Program-made: the position numbers and the translations under genes | NCBI GenBank assembly: GCA_043744895.1 | Contig: JAYTTT010000185.1 | Span: forward strand, 60,563 to 124,562 | Length of the DNA: 64,000 bases | Reading direction: 5' to 3' | From: Gemmatimonadota bacterium | Lineage (GTDB): Bacteria; Gemmatimonadota; Gemmatimonadetes; Gemmatimonadales; GWC2-71-9 | The notes under the pieces: model-generated | The model's input: only the letters and a program-made list of their open reading frames with translations | Told to the model about the DNA's origin: nothing | Database searches by the model: none | Shown here: piece after piece, positions 34,222-43,491 of the stretch | How positions within the stretch are numbered: the first letter of the stretch is position 1 | Layout of the letters: the number at the start of each line of letters is the position of its first letter

Positions 34222-35515
34222 CGAAATCTTCAGGGCGCTGGTGGTGGTCGGTCTCATGGCTGGGCCGGTCGCGGGGCAAACCAAGCCGGCCGTAACGCTC
34301 GCGGAGGCGGTGGAGCGATCGGAGCGAGTCCAGCCCCGAGTCATCCAGGCGGCGGGTGTGGTCCGAACCGCCGACGCCCGGGTGCGGTCGTCCAAAGGGG
34401 CTTACCTCCCCAACCTCAACGTGTCGAGCTCAGCGGCCGAGTTCTTTTCGGAAGGCCAGCGGATCGACCAAAGCACCGGCCAACTGGTGGCAACCAATTC
34501 GAGCACGACGAGCTTTAACGGCAGCGTCAACAGCTCGATTGAATTGTTCGATGGGTTCCGGCGCGGGGCGGAGTCTCGGTCGGCCCGGGCCAACCGGGAA
34601 TCGGCGGTCGAAAGTCTCGAGGATGCCCGGTTCCAGCAGGGTCTCCAGACGACCAACCAGTTCTTCGACGCCCTCGCCGCGACCCAATTGGTTCGGGTTC
34701 GCGAAGCGAGCGTGCGGCGCGCCGACGAGCAGCTCAAGGTCTCCATTGCCCGGCTTCGGGCCGGGGCCGCGATCCGGTCTGATTCGCTCCGCTCGCTGGT
34801 AACGTTAGGCAACGCCCGGGTCCAGCTGATCAACGCCGGCACGCAATTGGCGACGGCCGAGGCCAATCTAGGCCGGTTGATCGGCCTCGAGGGGCCGGCG
34901 GCGGCGGTCGACGACTCCGCGCTCTATCGGGTCACCGAAACACTGGATACCACGGCACTGCGGGCCGAGGCACTGGCTCGAGCCCCCCAAGTCCGGACCG
35001 CCGACGCGGCGGCCCGTGCCGCCCGGGCCTCGATCGGGGTGGCCCGGGCCGGTTACTGGCCGACGCTGACGCTCTCGGGGTCGAACTCGATCAACGGCAG
35101 CGAACAGAATGACTTCAAGTTTCTTCAGCAGCGCCAGGCGAGCCTGACGGTCAACTGGGCGGTCTTCAACCGATACACTCGGGAACAGAACATCGCCAAC
35201 CAGACCTCGACCGCCGAAACGTCGGAGGCCAGTGCCTCGGAGGCTCGCCGCCAGGTCTTGGCCAGCTTGACCACGAGGCTCGCCGAGCTCGACGCGGCAC
35301 GGATTCGGACCGGGATTACCCAAACCAGTTTTGCGGCTGCCAGCGAGGACGTCCGGGTTCAAACGGAACGGTACCGTCTCGGCGTGGCGACGATCGTCGA
35401 TGTGCTCACTTCGCAGGAATCTCTCACCCAGGCCGAAGTTGACGCGGTGACCGCCCGGTTCGACTATCTCCGGGCCAAAGCGCAAATTCAGGCTCTGATT
35501 GGACGCCAACTATGA
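34208..35515 (+). CDS. TolC family outer membrane efflux protein
   Basis: Signal peptide ([15 protein letters not shown]). Duplicated alpha-helical/beta-barrel repeat, with the LTLAEAVE start typical of OEP family proteins. About 435 aa. Confidence 0.85.
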   Translation: MATSSEIFRALVVVGLMAGPVAGQTKPAVTLAEAVERSERVQPRVIQAAGVVRTADARVRSSKGAYLPNLNVSSSAAEFFSEGQRIDQSTGQLVATNSSTTSFNGSVNSSIELFDGFRRGAESRSARANRESAVESLEDARFQQGLQTTNQFFDALAATQLVRVREASVRRADEQLKVSIARLRAGAAIRSDSLRSLVTLGNARVQLINAGTQLATAEANLGRLIGLEGPAAAVDDSALYRVTETLDTTALRAEALARAPQVRTADAAARAARASIGVARAGYWPTLTLSGSNSINGSEQNDFKFLQQRQASLTVNWAVFNRYTREQNIANQTSTAETSEASASEARRQVLASLTTRLAELDAARIRTGITQTSFAAASEDVRVQTERYRLGVATIVDVLTSQESLTQAEVDAVTARFDYLRAKAQIQALIGRQL

Positions 35516-36267
35516 CGACCGCCGACATCGGAACCACCGCCGAACGGATGGCCATGCTGCCGATTGACGTCCCCCGGGACGCCATGATCGTGGTGCGGCA
35601 CCTCGAGCGTGAGTACGTGATGGGGAGCGAGACCGTCCACGCCTTGCGCGGCGTCGACCTGACCATTCGGCGCAACGAGTTCGTGGCCATCATGGGACCC
35701 TCGGGTTCGGGCAAATCGACCCTGATGAACTTGATTGGATGCCTCGACACCCCGAGCGTCGGCGAGTACTGGCTCAACGGCTATCGGGTGTCGGAGCTGG
35801 GCGACGACCAGCTTGCCCGGATTCGGAACAAGGAAATCGGCTTCGTATTCCAGACCTTCAACCTGCTGCCCCGCGCCACGGCGCTCCAGAACGTCGAGCT
35901 GCCGATGGTGTATGCCGGGGTCGGTTCGAAGGAACGGAAGGCCGCGGCGACCCAGGCGCTCACCCGAGTCGGGTTGGCCGACCGGATGACCCATCGCCCG
36001 AACGAGTTGTCCGGCGGCCAGCGGCAACGGGTGGCGATTGCCCGGGCCCTGGTCAACAGCCCGAGTATCATCCTGGCCGACGAGCCGACCGGTAACCTCG
36101 ACTCGAAGACCAGCGAAGAGATTCTCACGCTCTTCGAGCAGTTGTACAAAGAAGGGCAGACCATCGTCTTGGTCACCCACGAACTCGACATCGCCGCGCA
36201 TGCCCGTCGCCAAATCCACCTCCGGGATGGCAAGGTCGAGCGCGACTTCATGACGGAGAAGAAGTGA
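35512..36267 (+). CDS. ABC transporter ATP-binding protein (MacB/LolD-type)
   Basis: Walker [10 protein letters not shown], signature [15 protein letters not shown], Walker [13 protein letters not shown]. Confidence 0.9.
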   Translation: MTTADIGTTAERMAMLPIDVPRDAMIVVRHLEREYVMGSETVHALRGVDLTIRRNEFVAIMGPSGSGKSTLMNLIGCLDTPSVGEYWLNGYRVSELGDDQLARIRNKEIGFVFQTFNLLPRATALQNVELPMVYAGVGSKERKAAATQALTRVGLADRMTHRPNELSGGQRQRVAIARALVNSPSIILADEPTGNLDSKTSEEILTLFEQLYKEGQTIVLVTHELDIAAHARRQIHLRDGKVERDFMTEKK

Positions 36268-36269
36268 CG

Positions 36270-37853
36270 ATGGCTACCCGTTTCATAAGGTGGGCGCCGC
36301 TGGTTGCGGTCGCCGTGCTCGGATGCAAGAAGAAGGAAGCCGCCCGGATCGTGTACCAGTCGGTCCCGATCGAGCGGCGCGACATCATCGTGTCGGCACG
36401 GGCCACGGGCTCTATTCACCCGGACACGGTCGTCGAAGTGAAGTCGAAGGCCTCCGGCGAGATTCTCGAGATGAAGGCCGAGACCGGTTCGATGGTGACG
36501 CGGGGCCAACTGTTGGTGCGGGTTGACCAGCGGGGACCTCGAAATACCGTCAACCAGGCCGAGGCCAACCTTGATGTGGCCAAAGCCCGGCTTCAGAACG
36601 CCGACGCTCAGCGCCGTCGCTCCGACGAACTCTTTAAGTCCCAGTCGATCACCGAGCAGGAGCATGAGTCGGCCGTCTTGGCGCTTGCCAATGCCAAAGC
36701 CGAAGTCGTTCGGGCCCAAGTCGACGTCGAGAACGCCCGAATCGCGATGGAGGACACCGATGTCCTTGCCCCGATTACCGGTACGATCATCTCCAAGAGC
36801 GTGGAACGCGGCCAGGTAATTTCCTCGCCCACTCGAGATGTCGGCGGCGGAACTGTGCTGCTCAAGATGGCCGACTTGAACTTGGTCCAGGTCCGTACCC
36901 TCGTCGACGAAACCGACATCGGCAAAATTCGGGCGGGACTCCGGGCCACGGTGACGGTCGATGCCTACCCGAACCAGCCGTTCACTGGCGAGGTGCTCAA
37001 GATCGAACCCCAGGCCGAAACGGTCCAGAACGTGACCATGTTTCCGGTGTTGGTGCGGATCGACAACCGCAACGGACTGCTCAAGCCGGGCATGAACGCC
37101 GATGTCCAACTTCACATTGGACGCCGCGACAGTGTGCTGGCGGTTCCGAACGCCGCCCTTCGGACCCAGCGCGATGTCGCCTCCGCTGCTTCGGTTCTTG
37201 GGATCAGCGCCGAGGCACTCCAGCCGCTGTTACAGGTCGCGCAGCAGCGGGCCGACTCGGCGAAGGAGCTCGCGGCCAAAAACGCCCCGCCTGACTCGTC
37301 GAAGCGCGATTCGGCGGCCGCCAAGCCGGCCGCGGCCCCGGCGGCCGGTGGCAACACGATGACCACACCCGATGGCCGGACGATCGCACTGCCGCCCGGA
37401 GTAACCCAGGCCCAGGTTCGGGCCATCTTTCAGAAGCGGTTCAGCGGGGGTACCCTGACGGCCGGCGAGCAGCAGATCATGCAGCAGATGATGCGAGGCG
37501 TCGGCGGTGGACGGGGCGGATGGGGCGGAGGCCGGCCTCGGGCGGGGGGTGGCGGCAACGACTTTCAATTCGGCGGCAACTACATCGTCTTCGTGATCCG
37601 GGACGGGCAACCAACCCCCGTCATGGTTCGAACCGGCCTGACGGACCTTGACTACAGTGAGATCGTCACCGGGTTGACCGCGAGCGATTCCGTCCTGGTG
37701 CTGCCGAGCGCCAGCATGGTGCAGCAGCAAGAGGAATTCCGGAACCGGATCAGTAACATGACGGGTGGCGGGGCAGTGCCGGGCATGCGGTCGACCACCG
37801 GTGGCCCCGCAGCGGGCGGAGCCGCTCGTCCTGCGACCGGAGCGCGGCCATGA
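36270..37853 (+). CDS. efflux periplasmic adaptor (MacA/HlyD family) lipoprotein with a long low-complexity insertion
   Basis: Lipobox AVAVLGCKKK, then lipoyl/hairpin/beta-barrel regions (LAPITGTIISKSVERGQ..., YPNQPFTGEVLKIEP). A roughly 130-aa Ala/Pro/Gly-rich insert includes GVGGGRGGWGGGRPRAGGGGNDFQFGG before the final domain. The alternative start is GTG 36264. Confidence 0.85.
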   Translation: MATRFIRWAPLVAVAVLGCKKKEAARIVYQSVPIERRDIIVSARATGSIHPDTVVEVKSKASGEILEMKAETGSMVTRGQLLVRVDQRGPRNTVNQAEANLDVAKARLQNADAQRRRSDELFKSQSITEQEHESAVLALANAKAEVVRAQVDVENARIAMEDTDVLAPITGTIISKSVERGQVISSPTRDVGGGTVLLKMADLNLVQVRTLVDETDIGKIRAGLRATVTVDAYPNQPFTGEVLKIEPQAETVQNVTMFPVLVRIDNRNGLLKPGMNADVQLHIGRRDSVLAVPNAALRTQRDVASAASVLGISAEALQPLLQVAQQRADSAKELAAKNAPPDSSKRDSAAAKPAAAPAAGGNTMTTPDGRTIALPPGVTQAQVRAIFQKRFSGGTLTAGEQQIMQQMMRGVGGGRGGWGGGRPRAGGGGNDFQFGGNYIVFVIRDGQPTPVMVRTGLTDLDYSEIVTGLTASDSVLVLPSASMVQQQEEFRNRISNMTGGGAVPGMRSTTGGPAAGGAARPATGARP

Positions 37854-39064
37854 TCATCGGAGAAACGATCAAGGTGGCGCTGTCGAGTATCCGGGCCAAC
37901 AAGCTCCGTTCGGCATTGACGATGCTCGGGATCGTCATCGGGGTCGGTGCCGTCATTGCGGTGGTGGCGCTGGGTACCGGGGCCCAAAAAGCGGTCGAAG
38001 ACCGGATCAGCGCCCTCGGCGCCAACGTCCTGACCGTATATCCCGGTCAGTCGTTTTTTGGGGGCCGTTCCTCCGACGTCCGGGTCAGCCTCACGGTCGA
38101 CGACGCCGACGCCCTTCGGAACGATGCCAAGTTGATCTCGGACGTGGTCCCCGAGTTGTCTCGGAGCATGACCGTCGGCTACAGCAACCAAAACCTCAAT
38201 GTGAACATTGTCGGCACCACGCCGAGCTTTCTCCCGGTCAAGAACTTTACCATTCAGTACGGACAGATGTTCACCAACGGCGATGACGGCGCCCGCCAGC
38301 GGTTTGCGGTGCTGGGCAGCGCGGTTCCGGAGATGCTCAACGTCAATCCGGCGGGGCTCCTCAAGCAGTTCATCAGTATCGGCGGACAGACCTTCGAAGT
38401 GATCGGGGTCATGGCCAAGAAGGGCGCCGCCATGTCGTGGCAGAATCCCGACGAACAAATCCTGATTCCGCTCAACACCGCCCGGTACCGTCTGATGGGT
38501 ACCGACCGGATTCGGCAGATCAGCCTTAAGGTTCGCCAGGACGTGCCCCTCGAACAGGGCATGGTCGATATCGAACGAATCCTTCGGCGCGAGCACAAGG
38601 TCCGCCCGGGTGGGGACAACGACTTCCAGATCCGCAATCAGCAGGAAATCCTCGCGACCCAACAGCAGGCCACCGAGGTGTTCGGTATGCTGCTGGCCAG
38701 CATCGCGGCGGTGTCCCTCATCGTCGGCGGAATCGGGATCATGAACATCATGCTGGTGTCGGTGACCGAACGGACCCGAGAAATCGGGGTTCGCCGGGCG
38801 CTGGGCGCTACCCGCATCAACATCATGAGCCAGTTCCTGATCGAGGCGGTCGTTCTTTGCCTCATGGGCGGAATGTTCGGTGTCTTGGTCGGCGCCGGCA
38901 GCGCCCGGGCGATGTCCAAGCTACTTGGGTGGAATACCCTGATCTCTCCGACGGCCGTCATTGTGGCCTTCGCCTTCAGCGCCTTCGTGGGGCTCTTTTT
39001 CGGACTGTGGCCGGCGCGCCGGGCGGCCAACCTCAACACCATCGACGCCCTCCGCTACGAATAG
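37850..39064 (+). CDS. ABC transporter permease (MacB/FtsX-type)
   Basis: N-terminal TM, large periplasmic domain, and C-terminal FtsX 3-TM bundle (VSLIVGGIGIMNIMLVSVTERTREIGVRRALGA). ATGA-coupled. Confidence 0.9.
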   Translation: MIIGETIKVALSSIRANKLRSALTMLGIVIGVGAVIAVVALGTGAQKAVEDRISALGANVLTVYPGQSFFGGRSSDVRVSLTVDDADALRNDAKLISDVVPELSRSMTVGYSNQNLNVNIVGTTPSFLPVKNFTIQYGQMFTNGDDGARQRFAVLGSAVPEMLNVNPAGLLKQFISIGGQTFEVIGVMAKKGAAMSWQNPDEQILIPLNTARYRLMGTDRIRQISLKVRQDVPLEQGMVDIERILRREHKVRPGGDNDFQIRNQQEILATQQQATEVFGMLLASIAAVSLIVGGIGIMNIMLVSVTERTREIGVRRALGATRINIMSQFLIEAVVLCLMGGMFGVLVGAGSARAMSKLLGWNTLISPTAVIVAFAFSAFVGLFFGLWPARRAANLNTIDALRYE

Positions 39065-41376
39065 TGGTTGGATTCTTTCTGCTTCAGGTGGTGGGCACTC
39101 CGCCACCTGAACGCCCGGTCGTCAGACCGCCCCGGATCGACACGACCGTGACGATCGACGGCAAACTCGATGAACCGGCCTGGGCCTCGGCCGCGCTGCT
39201 GAGCAACTTTCATCAGTACCGTCCCCTTGACCAACAGCCGGCCGAACAACAGACCACGGTCAAGGTCTGGTACAGCCCCACGGCGCTCTATTTTGGGATC
39301 GTCGCGTACGACAAGCATCCGGGTTCGATCCGCGCCACCTTGGCCGATCGAGACAAGATCGACGACGACGATCGGGTCCAGATTCTCTTGGACACCTTTA
39401 ACGACCGCCGCCGAGCGTTCGTGTTCGGGGTCAATCCGCTCGGGGTCCAGGAAGACGGGGTCCGGAGTGAGGGGAACTCCGGCGGTGGGGGTGGCGGTCG
39501 TGGCGGTGGTGGGGGCGGTGGGGGCGGTGGCGGGGGCGGTGCGACCTCTCTGGATCGAAGCCCGAACTATCTCTTCGAATCCAAGGGCCAGATCACCGAT
39601 AGCGGCTACGTGGTCGAGGTTCGGATTCCGTTCAAGAGCCTTCGCTATCCGGGCGGCAAGGAGTCGACCTGGGGCTTCAATGTGGTTCGGTCGACCCAGC
39701 GGAGCGGGTTCGAAGACACCTGGACCGATGTTCGTCGCGGCAATACCAGTTTTCTTTCTCAGGGTGGCTTCCTGGCTGGGATATCCGGGATCCGGCGGGG
39801 CGTCGTGACGGAGGTGCAGCCGTTCGTTACGGCCGCCGCCAACGGAGCCGTCGACACCTCCGGGCGGTTTGCCCGAGACCGGCTCAATCCCGATTTTGGC
39901 GTCAACTTCCGGCTCGGTTTCACCAGTCTGGCGATTGACGGCACCATCAACCCCGATTTTAGCCATGTCGAATCGGATGCCGCCCAGGTGACGCTCAATG
40001 AGCGGTTCGCCCTCTTTTTTCCAGAGCGCCGCCCATTCTTTCTCGAGGGTATCGAGTTGTTCCAGACGCCCGGCTCGATCGTGTATACCCGCCGGATCGC
40101 CAACCCGGTGGCCGGGGGCAAAGTCACCGGAAAATTCGGGCGATTCGGCATCGCCCATCTCACCGCCGTCGACGAACAGAACGATGAGGTCACCGGCGAA
40201 CGGACCCATCCGTTTGTCAGCGTCACCCGGATCCGGTCAGATATCGGCTCCAATTCGTTGGCCGGGGTCACCCTGACGAACCGCTCGGTCGGTGGCGGAT
40301 GGAGTCGGGTGGCGGCGGCCGATTCACGGTTCGCCCTTGGGCACCTCTATGCGTTCAGCACCAGTTTGTCGCACTCGTGGCGCCGGGACAGCGCCGGCAC
40401 CGTCGGCGCCCCGGCATGGTCGGTCGGGTTCGATCGGACCGGCCGATCGGTCGGATTCAGCTACAGCTTCGAGGGCCGAGACCCGGGTTTCGAGGCGGCG
40501 CTCGGTTTCGTGCCGCGGGTCGGCGACATCAATTTTCGGGCCTTCAATCGGCTGACCATTTTCGGCAAACGGGGCGCGTTCTTCGAGGGGATTACCCTGT
40601 TTGCCGGGGCAACCCGTTACTGGGACTATCGCCGCTTTGCCAAGGACCAGCCCACCGAGGGCGATCAGAGCTTGTCGGGCTTCGGCCGGCTCCGCGGCGG
40701 GTGGAGCTACGGATGGAGTACCCGCCTCGGCTTCGTCGACTTCAATCCCGACTTCTATGCGGGCGCCGAGGTCATGGTGAACGGGCGGCTGGCGCCCTAC
40801 CGCGGACCCGCTCGCCTCGAGAAAGCCCTCGACGTATCGTTCAACGTCAGCACCCCGAATCTCCCCCAAGGGAGTAGCAACATCCGGGTCAGTCGTCGCG
40901 AAGTGGCGATCTTTTCCGAAGCATCCGCCGGCCGCGAGTTCCAAGTCACCGCCGGCGCCGAAATCCGTCCCCATCCGTGGGTTCGGGTCGAGGGCAACTG
41001 GGTCTATTCCAAGCTGACCCGGCAGCGGGACGGCAGCGAATTCGGCCGAACCATGATTCCCCGCCTTCGGCTCGAGTTCCAGCCAAAGCGGACCTACTTC
41101 CTCCGGGTCATCTCCGAGTACCGGTCCCAACGACGGGCGGAGCGGCGGGACGCCGTCACCGGAGAGGTGCTGTATGTCGACGGCGCCCGGTCGGAGGCCA
41201 CCAACACCAACCGGTTCCGGGTCGATTTCTTGCTTTCGTTCCAGCCCTCGCAGGGCACCGTAGCCTTCTTTGGCTACGGGGCCGGTTTCGACGGGAAGCA
41301 GAACCTGACCTTGAGAGACTTGGTCAAACAGGCCGACGGGTTTTTCTTCAAGCTCGCTTATCAATTCCGGCGCTAA
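39064..41376 (+). CDS. CBM9-like / DUF5916-type large exported protein with poly-glycine insertion
   Basis: IDGKLDEPAWASAALLSNFHQYRPLDQQPAEQQTTVKVWYSPTALYFGIVAYD matches the CBM9/DOMON-like N-domain, and a long beta-rich C-terminal region ends in ...FFFKLAYQFRR. The start is uncertain. GTG 39064 overlaps the permease TAG by 1 nt, and the upstream ORF extension lies out of frame over the permease gene. Confidence 0.65.
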   Translation: MVGFFLLQVVGTPPPERPVVRPPRIDTTVTIDGKLDEPAWASAALLSNFHQYRPLDQQPAEQQTTVKVWYSPTALYFGIVAYDKHPGSIRATLADRDKIDDDDRVQILLDTFNDRRRAFVFGVNPLGVQEDGVRSEGNSGGGGGGRGGGGGGGGGGGGGATSLDRSPNYLFESKGQITDSGYVVEVRIPFKSLRYPGGKESTWGFNVVRSTQRSGFEDTWTDVRRGNTSFLSQGGFLAGISGIRRGVVTEVQPFVTAAANGAVDTSGRFARDRLNPDFGVNFRLGFTSLAIDGTINPDFSHVESDAAQVTLNERFALFFPERRPFFLEGIELFQTPGSIVYTRRIANPVAGGKVTGKFGRFGIAHLTAVDEQNDEVTGERTHPFVSVTRIRSDIGSNSLAGVTLTNRSVGGGWSRVAAADSRFALGHLYAFSTSLSHSWRRDSAGTVGAPAWSVGFDRTGRSVGFSYSFEGRDPGFEAALGFVPRVGDINFRAFNRLTIFGKRGAFFEGITLFAGATRYWDYRRFAKDQPTEGDQSLSGFGRLRGGWSYGWSTRLGFVDFNPDFYAGAEVMVNGRLAPYRGPARLEKALDVSFNVSTPNLPQGSSNIRVSRREVAIFSEASAGREFQVTAGAEIRPHPWVRVEGNWVYSKLTRQRDGSEFGRTMIPRLRLEFQPKRTYFLRVISEYRSQRRAERRDAVTGEVLYVDGARSEATNTNRFRVDFLLSFQPSQGTVAFFGYGAGFDGKQNLTLRDLVKQADGFFFKLAYQFRR
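39481..39543 (+). repeat. GGN/G-run low-complexity tract (encodes GGGGGGRGGGGGGGGGGGG)
   Basis: ggcggtgggggtggcggtcgtggcggtggtgggggcggtgggggcggtggcgggggcggt. Four G5 runs lie on the coding strand. Confidence 0.7.
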
Positions 41377-42371
41377 TGCCTTCGTCGATCATCCTCGGTA
41401 CCGGCCACTCTGTTCCCGCGCGAACCGTGACCAACGATGAGTTCACCGGGTCCATGGACACCTCGGACCAGTGGATTCGGACTCGAACCGGGATCCGGGA
41501 ACGCCATTGGATCTCACCGGGCGAAACCGGGGTCGATCTGGCCCTTGCGGCCACCCATCAGGCGCTCGAGATGGCGGCGCTCAACGCCAGCGACCTCGAC
41601 GCCATCGTGTACGCCACCATCAGCCCGGACCATTTCCTCCCGGGCAACGGGATCTTCCTCCAGCGGAAACTCGGCGTCGGGACCATTCCTGCCTTCGACA
41701 TCCGGCTCCAGTGCGCGGGCTTCGTCTACGCCGTGGCCATGGCCGACACCTTCATTCGTAGTGGCGTCTACCGGAAGATTCTGGTCGTGGGCCAGGAAAT
41801 CCAGTCGACCCGGATGGACGTGAGCCCCCGGGGCCGTCATACGGCGGTGCTCTTTGCCGATGGAGCGGGTGCCGCCGTCCTCGGCGCCACCGAGGAGCCG
41901 AACCGCGGAATCCTCACCTTCGATCTCCACTCGGAGGGTATCCACGCCGAAAAGCTCTGGGTCGACGAGCCGGGCGCGGTCTACAATCCGACCGTCGATC
42001 TAGGCCGGTTCGAAGAAGGCCGCTACTTCCTCCAGATGGACGGCAAGGAGGTCTACCGGCACGCGGTGGTTCGGATGCCGGAGTCGGTCCGAACCTGTCT
42101 CGAGCGGATCGGCGAGTCGGCGGCGGCCCTCACGTTGCTGATTCCCCACCAAGCCAATCAGCGGATCTCGGAGGTCGTTCAGAAGGAGCTTGGGCTCCGC
42201 GATGATCAGGTCTACAACAACATCGAACGGTTCGGCAATACGACCGCCGCCACCATTCCAATCGCCCTCGATGAGTGCGTTCGGGCCGGCCGCTTGGCGC
42301 CGGGCGATTTGGTGGCGTTGACGGCCTTCGGGTCGGGGTTTGTCTGGGGCAGTGTGGTGCTCCGCTGGTAG
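41376..42371 (+). CDS. fabH: 3-oxoacyl-ACP synthase III (KAS III)
   Basis: MPSSIILGTGHSVPARTVTNDEF, active-site Cys context LQCAGFVYAV, HQANQRI, GNTTAATIP. 331 aa. TAATG junction with the preceding stop. Confidence 0.9.
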   Translation: MPSSIILGTGHSVPARTVTNDEFTGSMDTSDQWIRTRTGIRERHWISPGETGVDLALAATHQALEMAALNASDLDAIVYATISPDHFLPGNGIFLQRKLGVGTIPAFDIRLQCAGFVYAVAMADTFIRSGVYRKILVVGQEIQSTRMDVSPRGRHTAVLFADGAGAAVLGATEEPNRGILTFDLHSEGIHAEKLWVDEPGAVYNPTVDLGRFEEGRYFLQMDGKEVYRHAVVRMPESVRTCLERIGESAAALTLLIPHQANQRISEVVQKELGLRDDQVYNNIERFGNTTAATIPIALDECVRAGRLAPGDLVALTAFGSGFVWGSVVLRW

Positions 42372-42374
42372 CGA

Positions 42375-42806
42375 TCAGCGGCTCGCGAGCGGATACTTCC
42401 GGGTGTAGTAGTCGCCGGTCCGGAAACCGTTGGCCCGGTAGAGCTGTTCATCGGGATCGTCGGCATTCTGGACGAAGAGATGGAGCGCGCCAGGCCACAG
42501 CGTAGCCTGAATAGTCCAGCGGTCCTCGCCGGAGACGTAGACCCATTGAAGGGCACCGCCACCGGCATCTGTCAAATGGACGCGGCTGGCTCGTTCGAGG
42601 ACGACCTTCTCCGGCAGACCCGCGGCGGCGGCCCCCCACGGATCGAGTTCGAGCGCGGCCTCCATCCACGAGCTGACGCTCAAGACCCCGTACACGGCAT
42701 CGGTGTGAAAGGGGACCTCGAAATCGACGGTCCACTCTCCAAGGACGTCCCAGGCGTGGTCCATCGAGCCAATGTTGGGCACTTCGACCGTCGGGTGTTT
42801 CGGCAT
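42375..42806 (-). CDS. hypothetical protein
   Basis: 143-aa ORF with genome-typical composition, convergent with fabH. No motif recognised. Confidence 0.45.
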   Translation of the reverse strand: MPKHPTVEVPNIGSMDHAWDVLGEWTVDFEVPFHTDAVYGVLSVSSWMEAALELDPWGAAAAGLPEKVVLERASRVHLTDAGGGALQWVYVSGEDRWTIQATLWPGALHLFVQNADDPDEQLYRANGFRTGDYYTRKYPLASR

Positions 42807-42980
42807 TCGGTCTCCGACATGCGGCGATCCTCTAGAACCGCGGATCGGTCGCCCGCTCGCGGTTTCGGCTTATTGGTCGTAGTATCGGCAGGTCGTCGGA
42901 GGGGTGAAGTCTGAAACCGGCACTGGGCGTTTCGCGTACTGGGGCACCGGGTTAAGTCATTGAAACACAAGGAGGTTCAG

Positions 42981-43247
42981 ATGTTCGAGGTGATCTCGCT
43001 CGGAATCGCGGTCGCTGGATCCGTCGTGGCGTTTGGGTTTGCCCGGGGGTTCGTTCGGCGCCGGCTTCGGTTCGTTGATGCCGCCAAGTCGCCATTGGCC
43101 CCGATCCTTGCCGGTGGCCTCGCGATGGTCATTGCCCTGCCGCTGACCATCCTGCCCTTGATCACGGTGCTGACGGCCGCACTGGTTGGTCTCGGTACCG
43201 GGCTCGGAACGGCCAGCGGCATCAAGGCGCTTCGCAGTGGGGACTGA
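42981..43247 (+). CDS. small membrane protein (2-3 TM)
   Basis: ATG 42981 is preceded by a strong AAGGAGG Shine-Dalgarno (42970-42976). The hydrophobic helices are VISLGIAVAGSVVAFGF, LAPILAGGLAMVIALPLTILPLI and VLTAALVGLGTGLG. Confidence 0.55.
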   Translation: MFEVISLGIAVAGSVVAFGFARGFVRRRLRFVDAAKSPLAPILAGGLAMVIALPLTILPLITVLTAALVGLGTGLGTASGIKALRSGD

Positions 43248-43257
43248 GGCGGGGCCC

Positions 43258-43491
43258 GTGACGTGTACTCGATGCGGGCAGTCGCGGGATCCGGTTCCGT
43301 TTCGCCCGTTTCCAAACGCGATCGGCCAACGGGTCGTGGACCAGATCTGCAATGAGTGCTGGAGTGAGTGGCTCAAGCTCCAGCAGCAGCTGATCAACCA
43401 CTACGGCCTCAACGTTCGAGATCCGCGTGCCAAGGAGTTTCTGTTCGGGGAACTCGAGAAGTGCCTGTTTACCACCTCGCCCCAATCCTAA
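43258..43491 (+). CDS. yggX: YggX-family Fe(2+)-trafficking / oxidative damage protection protein
   Basis: VTCTRCGQSRDPVPFRPFPNAIGQRVVDQICNECWSEWLKLQQQLINHYGLNVRDPRAKEFL is the YggX signature. GTG 43258, with GAGG upstream. Confidence 0.8.
   Translation: MTCTRCGQSRDPVPFRPFPNAIGQRVVDQICNECWSEWLKLQQQLINHYGLNVRDPRAKEFLFGELEKCLFTTSPQS

Noticed and set aside
37615-37640. tRNA-like T-loop match (ggttcgaaccggcc), plus a general scan for tRNA, rRNA and tmRNA
   Set aside because: The match lies inside the adaptor-protein coding frame and has no acceptor or anticodon stem context. No other T-loop consensus or rRNA-like stretch was seen by eye. A tRNAscan/Infernal run would be the definitive check.
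38857-39063. Upstream extensions of several long ORFs (38857-39063, 40977-41375, 49245-49793, 52437-53300, 26123-26200, 30247-30462)
   Set aside because: Each extension overlaps a better-supported gene in another frame and has junk-like composition. In every case an ATG or GTG sits exactly at the upstream stop codon (ATGA/GTGA/TAATG), and the recognisable protein begins there.
39481-39543. Possible CRISPR or other spaced repeat array (also checked the GYGCCGAG loci)
   Set aside because: The repeats are 8-11-nt contiguous units without unique spacers of 25-40 nt, and no cas genes are present. The 39.5-kb tract is in-frame GGN codons.
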